From Hemiscyllium ocellatum (Eukaryota): 64,000 nt of DNA. The translations under genes and the position numbers were made by a program. The stretch covers positions 15,471,873-15,535,872 of the forward strand of contig NC_083409.1 in NCBI RefSeq assembly GCF_020745735.1, given 5' to 3'. The notes beneath the pieces were generated by a model that saw only the letters and a list, made by a program, of their open reading frames with translations, made no database searches and had not been told where the DNA came from. This document shows, piece after piece, positions 13,401 to 25,775 of the stretch (the first letter of the stretch is position 1; every line of letters starts with the position of its first letter).

Positions 13401-14574
13401 CCCTGAGTCCTGAAGAAGGGTTACACCTGAAATGATGACTCCTGAAGAGGTTAGACAGAGAAGGTTGGATTGCAACAAGAGTCACAGGTACTTCATATCT
13501 CATCTCATTGAATCAAACCATCGAGCCCATCAATCCTGAAAACAGATTCCAACATTGAAGTCCCATTTGCTGGTTGCACATGTAATGTCTCTCTCAGGCT
13601 GAAGAAAGGAAGCTCTCGACTGAGAAATTAGTGAGCTTAACCGAGATCCAGCACAACAGAATGGAGTGATATAAATCAGAAACAGAATAAATACAGGGCA
13701 GCCTTAATACTGCAGCTAGCACTGAGTGCAGCCAACACAGAGGGGAATGCTGGGAAGTTTGGTCAGTGTGGAAGTTCGGAGAATTCGGGGACGGAGCCTA
13801 CCTTTGCTTTTCCAAACTGATTTGGAACTGTCACTTCAGCTGCTGGGAGGCTGCACATGCACTTGGTTTGAATGAAACAAAATGATAAACAAGAGAATAG
13901 TAGTCTGGTAAGCAGATCAGCTGGGAATTGTTCTGTATGAGAGACTGTCTAAATAGATTGCTTCAGGACATGTCCATTAGGGAAGGTTTATAAATTGAAA
14001 GTACTGAAACTTCAAAACAGAGATTGAAGACAATTACTGATCCAATGAAGGAATGGATATTTTTCATTTGTAAGTGAGCTCAATATATTTATTAAATTGA
14101 AATGATTCAGCGTAAATACATGTGTAGTATATGTACTATATATATGTACTACTGGAACTCCCACTTGGAGGCTGAGTTGAAAAAAATGATACATTCGGGA
14201 GGGGCGGAGATACCTGGAGACTTTGTTCCAGAAGGAAGTTATAGGCCTCAGGACAGCACAGTTCAATAAGGGATGACCCATGAGGGAGGCAGATAGGGAG
14301 TTGGAGAATACTATGGGACAGGAAAACCCTTCACTCTTCTAAACTCCACTGAGAACAAGGCCGGTCTTTCCAATCCTTCCTCATCACACAGCCCACTCAT
14401 TCCAGGGATCAATCAAGTAAAACTCCTCTGAAACACCTCCAATGCATTTATATTCTTCCTTCAATAAGGAGACCAAACTACCCTCAGTATTTGAGATGTG
14501 GTCACACCAATGTTCAGGAAAAACTGAAACATCACAGTCTCACTTTCTGGTCCTTAAGCATGCCTACTCTTACT

Positions 14575-14965
14575 TTTCCCAGCCTTTTTACTGTCCATGT
14601 CTAATTGCCCTGGACAAGGTGGTGATTAGCTGCCTTCTTGAACCCCTACAGTCTGTGTGCTGTAGGTATATCCACAATGCATTTAGGAAGGGAATTCCAG
14701 GATTCTGACCAAGTGACAATGTAGGAACAGTGTTATAATTCCAAGTCAATCTAGTGAATGGCTTGGGGGGAACTTGTTGGGGTGATGTTCCCATTGTATC
14801 TGCTGCCTTTGTCCTTGATTAAAGTAATCATGACTTTGGAAGATGTTGTCTTAGGATTTTTGGTGAATCTCTGCAGTGCATCTTGTAAATAGTACACAGA
14901 GCCGTTACTGAGCGTCGGTGTGGAGGGAATGGATGTGTGTGGATGTGGTACCAATCAAGCGGGCT
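14575..14965 (-). mobile_element. LINE 3'-region fragment (same family as 46336-48482)
   Basis: Reverse complement of the block at 22130-22470. Confidence 0.65.
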
Positions 14966-15769
14966 AATTATTTTTCAACGAGATTTAAATAAAATAATGT
15001 AAGACAACTTAAAATAAAAAAAAATGAAAATGTGCTGCCTTTTTGATAAAACAAAAAATTAACTCCTCCTCTCCCCACAGAGGCTGCACCTGTTGCCTTT
15101 CTCCAGCATCGATCTTCTATTTGAGATTTGCAGTATTTTATTTATGTATCTGTTTTAATGCCATTGGTTATAAGAGAAGCATTGGTCAGCACACTGGGGA
15201 GATTTTCCCTGAGATGGTCACAAAGCCCTTATATTCACATTGACCTGAGAGGGCAGTGGTTTAACCGATCATCCAGCAGATGGCGTCTTTGCCTTTGCCA
15301 GCCTCAGGATAGTGCCCCAGTGTCTGGAGTGGGGCTTGAAACCTGCAGGTTCAGGTGACGGTGCTATCACTGAGGTTGGGATGAGGGTGTCACTGGCAAG
15401 ACGAGCATTTGTTCTCCATCCCAAACTGCCCTGAAATTGAGTGGCTTACTCAAATGGCAGGTAAGGGTCAGCCACATTGCTGGAGTCCTCGCAGAGTCAG
15501 ACATCTACAACAGGTCTACAAGAACAAGGGTCTTCGGCCCAAGAGCCAAAGCCAGTCAAAACAATCACCTCACTATTCTAATTCCATGTTCCAGCACTTG
15601 GCCTGTAGCCTTGTATACCTTGGCATCATAGTTGCACATCAAAGTACATCAATGTTATGGGAGAGCTTCTGCCTCAACCACCCTCACAGGGAGTGAGTCC
15701 CAGACTGCCACCACCCTCCGGGCGAAAACGCTTTCCTTATGTTTCCTCTTAGCCTTTGGCCATTTATCT

Positions 15770-16310
15770 TTAATCTGTACCAAAACCCAATCAATCCCAC
15801 CTGCCACCACCCGGCCCATATCCCACCAAACCCTTCCTATTCATATACCCATCCAGATGCCTCTTAAATGTTGCAATTGTACCAGCCTCCATTACTTCCT
15901 CTGGCAGCTCATTCTATACACATCCCACCCTCTGTGTGAAAGATTTGCCCATTCGGTCTCTTTTATATCTTTCCCCTCTCACCCTAAACCTATGCCCATT
16001 CATTCTGGATTCCCCGACACCCGGGAAAAGACTTTGCCAATTTATCCTATCCATACCCCTCATAATTTTGTAAACCTTTATAAGGTCACCCCGAAGCCTC
16101 CAACCATCCAGGGAAAACAGCCCCAGCCTGTCCAGCCTCTCCCTGTAGCTCAAATCCTCCAACCTTGGCAACATCCTTGTAAATCTTTCCTGAACCCTTT
16201 CAAGTTTCACAACATCTTTCCAATAGGAAGAGACGAGAATTGCACACAATATTCCAACAGTGGCCTGTACAACTGCTACATGACCTCCCAACTCCTGTAC
16301 AGAATGGGAT
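15770..16310 (-). mobile_element. CR1 LINE 3' fragment
   Basis: YWKDVVKLERVQERFTRMLPRLEDLSYRERLDRLGLFSL...LRGDLIKVYKIM. Confidence 0.92.
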
Positions 16311-17929
16311 CTTGTCAAGTCCCCTGTTGTGGTGGTAGAGCCTCAAATGATGGTGCCAGAGACTGTGCAACTTTCAGCAGTGCACCACAGTCTCAGCCTG
16401 GATTCTGTGCTCTCATTTCTGAGGTGGCTTTCAATCCGATTATCTTTTGACTATGAGGCAGGAACATTGCCCATGGAGCCACGGTCAGTAACAATGTAAA
16501 CTGTGTGGCTCTGAAGGCCTGAGTTTGCATCTCAGCTCGGGAGGATATCAGCTCATTCATCAAATCTGTTTCTGCCCCTCTGCAGGCTGACCAGGCTGCT
16601 GGTGCCTTTCCAACAATCTCACGTTTCCTCTTGTGACACAGCTCATTCTCCTGAGGGATAGTTGTGCTCAGAGTCAAAACGTGTGCCGCTGGAAAAGCAC
16701 AGCAGGTCAGGCAGTTGTGCTCAGGCCGAGGACATGACCTTGTCCCTCTGTCAGATCCTCTTCGAGAAATTCATGGCTCACCACTGCCCTCTCCAGGACA
16801 GTTAGCAAAGGGCAACAAGCAAGGATAGAGATGGGGACGCGAAGCCTAAAGTGCTGTTCTCTGCAGATTGGGACACGCTTTGATAGCCATTTATTAGATC
16901 TTTGAGTGTAATTCAGTTTTTGCTGATCCCAGTGCCAATCTGAAGGACACTCCACCTTCCTGTCTGACAAATCAGGTTCACCCATGTCATGGCTCTATTT
17001 CTGGCCGAGACTCCAATCTTTCAAAGAGATGAATTCAAGCCTCACCAGTTTGATTATTTGAATTATACGCCATTTATTTTGATTTCTCCTGGGATGTGGG
17101 GGGAGGCGTTGATGTGTCGGTCCTTCCCTAATTGCCCTGGAGAGAGTGATGGTGAATCGAGTAATATCGAGGAAGCAACTGACAGGTCATTCCCACTGAA
17201 ATCCAATGGGGTGACTGTGGGTTTGTTCATGGCCAATGGATGGAGTAATTACCCACAATCCTCAGTTGCAGTGCAAGTACTCTATAGTTATGCGAAGGCA
17301 GCTGTTTCACTCTGCCCGAACAATAAAAAGTCAGAAGTCACACAACACCAGGCTCTAGCCCAACAGGTTCATTTGAAATCACAAGTTTTTGAAGCGCTGC
17401 TCCTTCATCAGGATAACCCCAGCCCCCCCATCGGTATCCCCACATTACTGAACAGTACAAATAAACTGGGGCTCTGTGAGGATCTTTGGACCATGATATT
17501 GATCACACCACAATAAAAATGACCTGCATGCTATGGTTTTTCAAAAAAAGAAGTGCTTTGATAAGACTTTTGATTGTCTTCACGGTGTGCTGTTTTGTTC
17601 ATTCTGTGATATACATGGACTATGTCAGTATTGGGTATCACAAAGAATGGATCCTCCATCAAACACTTTCCATCGCACTCTCTCCATCTTGCTTTACTCC
17701 TTATTGATTTTTCGACATTGTCCCTGTTCCCTCACCCCGTCCCGGTCCCAGAGGGATTGATGGCTGGAGTTCATGACCTCACTCTGTGTGAAGGTTGGTG
17801 TGAAGTGAGGCCAGTGTGTTGGAGCTTGGGCCCCTCCCTCAGCCCCAGGTGTAGGGGCCTGTTCAACAATCTGCACAATGTCCTTTTTCTCTTTCTGAAT
17901 GAACTGGATCAAGTTGCAGTAAGGATCTG

Positions 17930-19055
17930 GCAACAAGGTGTCTTGTCTAAAATGTTCCCAGCATTGGATACAGAACTGGCTGAGTCAGAGGAGACAGAGG
18001 GCGGTGATGGGAGGATGGTTTTCAGAATGGAGGGCTGTGATTCCTAGTGTCCTACAGGGATCAGTGGGGGGAACTCTGCTTTATGTGGTCTACATAAATG
18101 ATTTAGAGGAAAGTGTAGCCGGTCTAATTAAATGTTTACAGTTGATACAAAGATTGGTAGAGTTACAGATAATGAGAAGGATTGACAGAGGGCACAGCAG
18201 GATATAGATCAGTTGGATGCATGGACAGATAAATGGCAAATGTAGTTTAATCCAGACAAATGTGAGGTGATGCATTTTGAAAGGTGATGTACGGGTGGGA
18301 ATTATACAGTGAATGTCAGAATCCTTTGGAGTATTGATATGCAGAGGGATCTGGGTGTGTATGTTCACAGATCACTGAAGGTGGCAGCACAGGGAGGTAA
18401 GGTTGTGAAAAGGGCTTATGGCCTGCTTGCCTTCATTGGAAGGTGCATTGAGTATAAGGAAAGACAAGTCATGCTGCAGCTTGTTGAACACTAGTTAGGC
18501 CACACTTGGAATATTGTATACAGTTCTGGTTGCCACACCATCAGAAGGATGTGGATGTTTTGAAGATGGTACAGAAAATGTTTACCTAGATATTGTCTGG
18601 TATGGGGGATTTTAGTTCTGAAGAAAGGTTGGAGAGACTGGGTTTGTTTTCACCAGAATGAGGGAAAATGAGGTGTGACCTCATAGAAGTTTATTAAGTT
18701 TTGAATGGCATAGGTAGAGTGGAAATTATGAAGCTTTTTCCTAGGATGGAGGGATCACTTACTCGGGGACAGAGGTTCAAGGTGCGGGGGGAGGGGGGAA
18801 TTTAAAAGAGATGTGCGAGGCTAGTATTTCACACAAAGGGAGTTGAGTACCTGGAACACACTACCATAGGAGGGGGTGGAAGCAGACATGATAGAAGTAT
18901 TCAAGAAATACCTGCACTAATGCATGATTAGGACGGGAATAGAGGGATACGAATCCTGTAGGTGAAGATAGTTTCAGTATGGAAGGGCCAAATGTGTCAG
19001 CACAGGCTTGTAGGGCTGAAGGGCCTGTTCCTGTGCTGTATTGTTCCTTGTTCTT
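17930..19055 (+). mobile_element. CR1 LINE RT/3' fragment
   Basis: VLQGSVGGTLLYVVYINDLE and DLGVYVHRSLKVAAQ, plus a typical CR1 3' UTR. Confidence 0.9.
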
Positions 19056-19701
19056 TGGTCCCTGCTGTTGAATTGAATTCTCGGGAGCCAGCTCCGTATG
19101 AAGAGCCTGTTCTCATTCTTTTGTTGGAGTTCATGGGGCAGCTGCTGCTTCCTTGCTACGTCACTGATCAAACCAACAATGGGGAAAGCCTCGTGATATT
19201 TTAAATACAGTCTGCAGGAAAATGTTTGGCCAAGGTTTTAATATTGTTTAATAAGATAATGATGTCAAAACACCAGTGTTGTTTGCGGCTGAGAACATTT
19301 AACATCATGGACCAAGTTTTAAATGGACCCTCACTCGTGATAATACAGTTTTCAATGTTTCTCTCCCCTTACGTGTTGTGAAGAGGTTTGCAAACATGTT
19401 TTGATGAGGACAGTGCATCTTCAACACCGTATGACGGAGCGGGCGGCTGTTTGAATTCTCACTTGTGATAATACAGTTTTAAATGTGTCAGTGTTACTTT
19501 CCCCACTCTCTGGGGGAGTGTCACTGTCACTATCCCCACCCCACCCTTCACTCTCAGGGTGATACCATTTTTAGCGTCCTTTCTGTCTGAGAATGTCCCT
19601 GTTTTTGTTCCCCCCTCTCTCAGGGACAGAGTGGGTGTTTCACATGCACCTGGTTTGTTAGTTCCATTTACTCTCTTGTGAAATGGGTAATCCCTGTTTT
19701 A

Positions 19702-19851
19702 GTAAAAGGTGAGGTCTGCAGATTCTGGAGATCAGAGCTGAAAATGTGTTGCTGCTTAAAGTACAGCAGGTTAGGCAGCATCCAAGGAACAGGAAATTCG
19801 ACGTTTCGGGCCAGAGCCCTTCATCAGGATGGCCCGAAACGTCAAATTTGC
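19702..19851 (-). mobile_element. Short Penelope-derived insert with hammerhead motif and 14-bp TSD
   Basis: Flanked by taatccctgtttta at 19688-19701 and 19852-19865. Minus strand reads CTGATGA-A-GGGC-TCTG-GCCC-GAAAC-GTC. Confidence 0.85.
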
Positions 19852-20176
19852 TAATCCCTGTTTTACTCTGGTAACAGTGAGTTAAAGCCCAGTAGAGTTC
19901 ACCCTTCCTCTCCATCATATCTCAGGGCCTAAGGTTGGTCAGCACTGTCTGGCTCCAGCACATCCCACCACTTCTCGCAATTTTCTCTCTTTCCTATCTT
20001 TACTGAACACCTTGTTTCCAGGAATCCCCAAGGTCAAAAATCATACGACACCAGATTATAGTCCAGCAGGTTTATTATAAGACACAAGCCTCGCCCCTTC
20101 TTCAGATGATCAGAGAAGCAAACAAGGTGAATTCAATCATCAGAGAAAACAAACTCTGTTGTTCGTTTCCTTCTCG

Positions 20177-20646
20177 GTTGACTCCGTTCTCCCAAATGAC
20201 ATGAACAAGAGACAAGGCAAGAATAATTGTGGGCGGCACGGTGGCACAGTGGTTAGCACTGCTGCCTCACAGCGCCTGTAGACCCGGGTTCAATTCCCGA
20301 CTCAGGCGACTGACTGTGTGGAGTTTGCACGTTCTCCCCGTGTCTGCGTGGGTTTCCTCCGGGTGCTCCAGTTTCCTCCCACAGTCACAAAGATGTGCGG
20401 GTCAGGTGAATTGGTCAAGCTAAATTGCCCGTAGTGTTAGGTAGATGTAGGGGTATGGGTGGGTTGCGCTTCGGCGGGTCGGTGTGGACTTGTTGGGCCG
20501 AAGGGCCTGTTTCCACACTGTAAGTCTAATCTAATCTAATCAGATGTAGAAGTGCAGAGAAAAAAAAATAAAGAATATAAGGACACCACCAGTGACCTCC
20601 TGAAATTCATAAGAAACCTCATCCAGCACTTTGATGAATAGAAAGA
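20177..20646 (+). pseudogene. RNASEL: RNase L-like KEN-domain penultimate exon, split by a SINE, with nonsense codon
   Basis: 20177-20230 VDSVLPNDMNKRQGKNNC, then SINE 20231-20540, then 20543-20646 [33 protein letters not shown] (RNase L: [21 protein letters not shown]). TAG at 20639-20641. Donor GA|GTATGT, phase 2. Presumed acceptor reads ttctCG rather than AG. Confidence 0.82.
20231..20540 (+). mobile_element. HE1-type tRNA-derived SINE, full length, young
   Basis: Head gggcggcacggtggcacagtggttagc with B-box-like gggttcaattcc, a CR1-like 3' end and (ctaat)n tail; nearly identical to 42702-43014. Confidence 0.92.
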
Positions 20647-21049
20647 GTATGTGAACAATAGTTGCTGGCAATATTTTCCTGCTTTTTCCTGCTAAAAAGC
20701 ATTGATTCAAAGCAGAAAGAGTCTTTCTTTCTGCTTCCCTCCTTGAAACTGTTACTGAGATGATCAAACCCAGCAACAGTTCATGTGACAGGTTGAGAGG
20801 ATTGTCTCATGATTGAGAGGGGGACTGGGTGAGGAACGGGATTTATCCTCAGATTCTCTGGGAAGCCAGGAGGAGATTGCAGGTCTCATCCCTGGAATTT
20901 AGAAGGTTGGGAGGAGATTTCACTGAAACATGTCAAATTCTCCAGGGACCTGACAGGGTAGATTTTGGGAGGATCTGCCCCTACTTGGGAATTCTAAAGC
21001 AGAGACCCAGTCTGGGAATAAGGGGTTAGACGTTTCGATCTCCGATGTG

Positions 21050-21315
21050 GAATGGGTGTCACAGTAGCTAGCACCACTGCCTGACAACACCAGGGACCTG
21101 GATTCGATTCCACCCTCAGGCAACTGTCTGTGTGGAATTTGCATGTTCTCCCCATGTCTGTGGGGGGTTCCACTCTCAGTCCAAAGATGTGCAGGCTAGG
21201 TGGATCAGCCATGGGATGTGTAAGGCTCCAAGGATAGGAGAGGGAGGTGGCTGCGGATGAGATGCTGCTTTGCCTTGATGGGCTGAACAGCCTTCTTCCA
21301 CACAGTAAGGATTTG
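21050..21315 (+). mobile_element. Older HE1-type SINE
   Basis: Diverged similarity to 20231-20540. Confidence 0.75.
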
Positions 21316-21349
21316 ATGCTTCTTCATTGCTGTGGTCTGGAGTGATATG

Positions 21350-21570
21350 TCAGTTAGTATGACACCAGGACAGCAGTGTAAAGGACATTAGTGGGTTCGA
21401 TGGGACTCTCCCCAAACAATTGTCATCATTAGAATCTTAATTTGAGATGTTAAAATTTGAATTCCACTCAGTGCCTTTGCCAGGATTTGAACCCAGGTCC
21501 CCCAGAACATGACTTGGCTCGCTGGATTAACAACCTCATGATGATACCACTAGGCCACTGCCTCCCCACA
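21350..21570 (-). mobile_element. Second tRNA-derived SINE family (SacSINE1-like, tentative)
   Basis: Reverse complement of the 26478-26790 family head. Confidence 0.6.
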
Positions 21571-21664
21571 TGCAGGTGATCTCTATCTTGAATTTATTCA
21601 AATTACTAAGTATCGACTAAGTATCTGGAGATGAGTATTCCAAAGATTCACAATCCACTGAGTG

Positions 21665-21950
21665 AAAAAATCAATGGAATCCCTACAACGTGGAAACAGG
21701 CCATTCAGCCCATACCGTCTCTCCAAAGAGCATCCCACCCAGACCCATTCCCCTATAACCTTGCATTTTCCATGGCCATTCCAACAATCCCATACATTTT
21801 TGAACAGTGGGGGAAAACCAGATCACCTGGAGGGAACCCAGGCAGACACAGGGAGGATGTGTAAATGCCACAATATCAGCTGCCTGAGGGTGGAATCGAA
21901 CTCAGGTCCCTACGCTGTGAGGCAACAGTGCTAGTCTCTGTGCCACCCCA
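21665..21950 (-). mobile_element. Older HE1-type SINE
   Basis: Reverse complement of the HE1 body. Confidence 0.78.
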
Positions 21951-22486
21951 CTTGATTCTGGGCAAAAAATGCTGGCATACCATGTCATGCCCAATCCTGT
22001 AAATAAATTAAGAAAAGATCAGTCAAGCTTTGGATAGGAGTGTGATGGGTTACTCCCCAAATGCCTGGATGGTCGCAGCTCCGAAAACAGTCAAGAAGCT
22101 TGATATCATCCAGTACAAAGCAGCCTGCTTGATTGGCACCACATCTACAAACATTCACTCCCTCCACCACTGATACTCAGTAGCAGCCGTGTGCACCATC
22201 GACAAGATGCTCTGCAGAAATCCACCAAGTCTCCTGAGACAGCACCTTCCAAACCCAAGGCCATTTCCATTTGAAGGACAAGGGCGGAAGATACACAGAA
22301 TACCACCACCTTCAAGTTCCACCCTAATCTACATAGCATCCTGATTTGAAAATATATTACTGTTCCTTCAGTGTCGCTGGGTCAAAATCCTGGACTACCC
22401 TCCCTTAGGGCATTGTGGGTTTATCTACAGCACATGGACTGCAGCGATTCAAGAAGACAGCTCACCACCACCTTGCAAAGGGCAGC

Positions 22487-22816
22487 ATTGTGGGTCAGTG
22501 GTTAGTGCTGCTCCCTCGCAGCGCCAGGAACCTGGTTTCAATTCCACCCTGGGATGACTGTCTGGCTGGAGTTTGCACATTTTCCCCATGTCTGAGTGAG
22601 TTTCCTCCACACAATCCATAGATATGTAGGTTTGGTTGATTAGCCATGCTAAATTGCACGTAGTGTCCAGGGATGTGCAGGCAGGGTGGATTAGCCATGG
22701 GAAATGCAGAATTACAAGGATGGGGCTGATCTAGACGGGTTGCTGTTTGGGGGGTTGGTGTGAACTTGATGGGCTGAATGGCCTGCTTCCACACCATATA
22801 ATGATTCTATGATTCT
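22487..22816 (+). mobile_element. HE1-type SINE nested in the 3' end of a LINE fragment (21990-22860)
   Basis: HE1 body and (atgattct)n tail; imperfect TSD caaagggca/caagggca. Confidence 0.8.
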
Positions 22817-22949
22817 CAAGGGCAACTAGGAATCTGGCCCAGACAGCAATACCCATGTCCTCCAAGTGAGTTTTAAACAAAAACATCATCTGCACTGCTT
22901 ACTATTCCATCAGTCTTTGTGTCAATGTGGAACTATGATCCTCATTATT

Positions 22950-24860
22950 ACATATAGTAAGTAGTTAAGGCCTCACCACAGAATCCTTGTGGAACACCAC
23001 TCGTCACTTTCTTTCTCTGTTGTCTGTCACTAAACCAGCCTCTGAACCAAGTCAAACATTCATCTTCAATCCTATGGGTTTTAATATTGGTCAGCAGACT
23101 GTCTTGTGGTAAATGATCGAGTACTTCTGAAAGTTGATAAGCCTATACATCCGATCAACTATTTTATTTAATGCATTTGGTTTGTTAGTTAGAACCTACC
23201 CATCACAAATCTATGTGGGCTATTTCCAATTCTCTACATGTTCATTCTCTCGGCTGTTAATTATAGATTCCACTGAAGCCCCTAAAAGAGATGTTAGATT
23301 GACCAGGATATAATTTCCTCAGTTCCCTCGCTCATCTTTCTTCAACCCGTGGAGTTACAGCAAGACATTTTCCAAACTAAAGGAATCGTTACTGCTTTGG
23401 AACCTGATGGGAAAAGACTCTGAAACTTCTTCCCCCCCCCCCGCCCCCACACCCCACCACCCCCGCCGCCGCACACCTTCCTTTAAACCCCTGAGGTCCT
23501 GGAGATCTGTCAGCCTTTAGAGCTGCTCACTCTCCAATGCTGTTTTCTGACAAGTATCAAGTTTCGTGAATTCCAGTCTTCCATTCATTACTAACCTCCC
23601 TGGAATGGAAGCTGCATTATCCAGTTCCTTGACTGTGAAGACTGACACAACTAATTATTGTACACGTCGGCCATTCCCTTAGTCTCATTCATGGAATTCC
23701 CAGTTTGTTTTTAAAGAGCTCAAATTGCACTGGAGCCTCCTTGGTTTTCTAATTTTCCTGTAAAACATTTGTGTTATTCTTGTGACCCCTTGCAGGTCTC
23801 TTTCTCAATCACTTTTTTTGTAACTCTTGCTTCCTTTGCAGTTCTTCATATCTTCCTTCAGTTGCCTGAATTCTCACTGATATTCGCACATTTGAGTGTT
23901 CTCACCTTTAGTTTTCTGCTTTCTCTCACTTATTTTATCAGCGACGATGTGCTAACAAGTGGGGACCTGTTCCATACTGAGCTGAATACATCTTTAACCA
24001 TCTCCCCATCTCATTGGGAGTCTGATCTGACAATTTTGGCTGACACCAATCTCTGTTGCATTCTGTTTTCTGGGAGGTGGGTGTCACTGGTATAGATCAG
24101 CATTTGTTACCCAAGACTAATTGCCCTTAGAACTGATGGCCTTGCTGTAGCCTCTCAGAAGGCAAATAAGAGTTAACCAGATTGCTGTGGGGCTGGAGTC
24201 ACATGAAGTCCAGGCTGGGGAAGGCTGAGGCGGGACAGCATTCAGGGATCATTATCGTGGTCACCATTAATGAGGCTTGCTTTGTGATTTGAATTCAAAT
24301 TCCAGCATTTGTCACTGGGGGAGATAGTACAGTTCGATAGATTGTGGCAGGACCTCTGTTTTGTATCTCATCTGAAAGACAACAGCTCCCTCAGTTTTGC
24401 AGTGTCAGCCTTGACTGTGTGCTCAACATAGGAATTAGAAGCGGGAGGAGGCAATTCAGCCCTTCGAGCCCGCTCCGCCATTTAACAGGACCGTGGCTGA
24501 TCTTATCCTGGTCTCAACACCACTCTCCTGCCTGCTCCCCATCGCTCTTTCTCTCACTTTTCATCTGAAACATCTTTCTTGAATCTGTTGATTGATTCTG
24601 CCTCCACTGCACTCTGGGGCATTGCGTTTCACAGATTCACAACCCTCTGGGAGAAGTAGTTTCTCCTCATCTCAGTTTTGAACCGACCGCCTCTCACTCC
24701 ATATCGATGACCTCTTGTTCCAGACTGTCCCACAAAGGGGAGCATCTATTCAACATCCACCTTATCAATCCCCTTTCACATTTTCTATCCCTCTACCAGA
24801 TCCCTCCTCATTCTTTTGAACTCCAGTGAGTCCAAGCCCAAGCTCTTTAACTGCTCCTCG
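22950..24860 (-). mobile_element. Old CR1 LINE fragments
   Basis: Reverse-complement CR1 RT and 3' UTR blocks; boundaries approximate. Confidence 0.55.
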
Positions 24861-25247
24861 TAGGACAGCCCTTTCATTTGAGATCAGTCTGGGGAACATT
24901 CTCTGAACAGCCTCCAGTGCTGAAGGACTCTATGATCAAAATAGACTCCCCAAAGCTTCTGAGACAGAGGTGACAGTGCTCCCACTGACCAGGTTCCAGT
25001 TTGTACAGGGCTCCGCTCTCAGCTGGATGGTTGGGAGTTTGAGCTGATTTTAAGCTGTATATTGGAGAGGGGTAAGCAATCTTTCTGATCAAAGCCTCCA
25101 GAAATGTGAAGGTGACATTTATGAGCAATTCAGAGCAATGATCTATCAGTTATTTTGCCTCCTGGGGCCTGCTGAGTACTAAACCTCAGCATTTAGGGAT
25201 TGCTGAGAAATATCTTCATTGACTTGGACATTAATTGTACTTTTCAG

Positions 25248-25368
25248 GTTCCACAGTTTAATGAAGAGTCCAGAAGATTATAGCTTTGGGTTATTTCCCG
25301 ATCTCATTGTTGCTGTCTACAAGGCTGTGAAGGACACAGAGTGGAAGGAGTACTTTCCAAAAGAATAG
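25248..25368 (+). pseudogene. RNASEL: RNase L-like terminal exon
   Basis: ttttcag|G TTC...GAA TAG; phase matches the upstream donor (GA|G = Glu). FHSLMKSPEDYSFGLFPDLIVAVYKAVKDTEWKEYFPKE* resembles RNase L [38 protein letters not shown] at 25825-25830. Confidence 0.85.
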
Positions 25369-25469
25369 AGGCTTCTCTTGTCTTCAAAGGGCTGCCATCT
25401 CTTGAGTGGATATGAGACAGAACCACATGCATGCTTCAGGGCTAGAATGGAAAGAAGGAAATTACATTT

Positions 25470-25775
25470 CTATCACAGAATCCCGATAGTGTTGAAGTAG
25501 GCCATTCAGCCCATTGAGTCCACACTGTCCTTTGAAGGTCATTCTACCTAGACCCCTATCCTTTCTCTGTATGTTTCAATGGCTACTCCACCGAGCCTGC
25601 ACATCCCCGTATACTCTGGGCAATTTAGCACAGCTAATTTACCAGCCTGCAGATCTTTGGACTGTGGGAGGAAACCCACACAGACAGAGGGAGAATGTGC
25701 AGACTCCACACAGACCTGCCTGAGGTGGGTCCCTGTCGCTGTGAGGCAGTTGTGTTAATTACTGAGGCTTTGTGT
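25470..25775 (-). mobile_element. HE1-type SINE
   Basis: Reverse complement of the HE1 body. Confidence 0.78.

Noticed and set aside
15081-15250. Good acceptor (ctccccacag) suggesting a further RNase L exon
   Set aside because: None of the three frames resembles the RNase L kinase-homology region convincingly.
15632-17516. 272-aa and 175-aa ORFs
   Set aside because: Antisense to CR1 or composites of repeat fragments; no recognisable domain.
20231-20300. tRNA-like A/B boxes
   Set aside because: SINE heads, not tRNA genes; no cloverleaf or anticodon arm.
20543-20646. KEN exon as IRE1/ERN
   Set aside because: Motif DLLKFIRN..H and the following FPDL..VY...TE...YFP exon fit RNase L better than IRE1 (DLLRAMRNKKHH).
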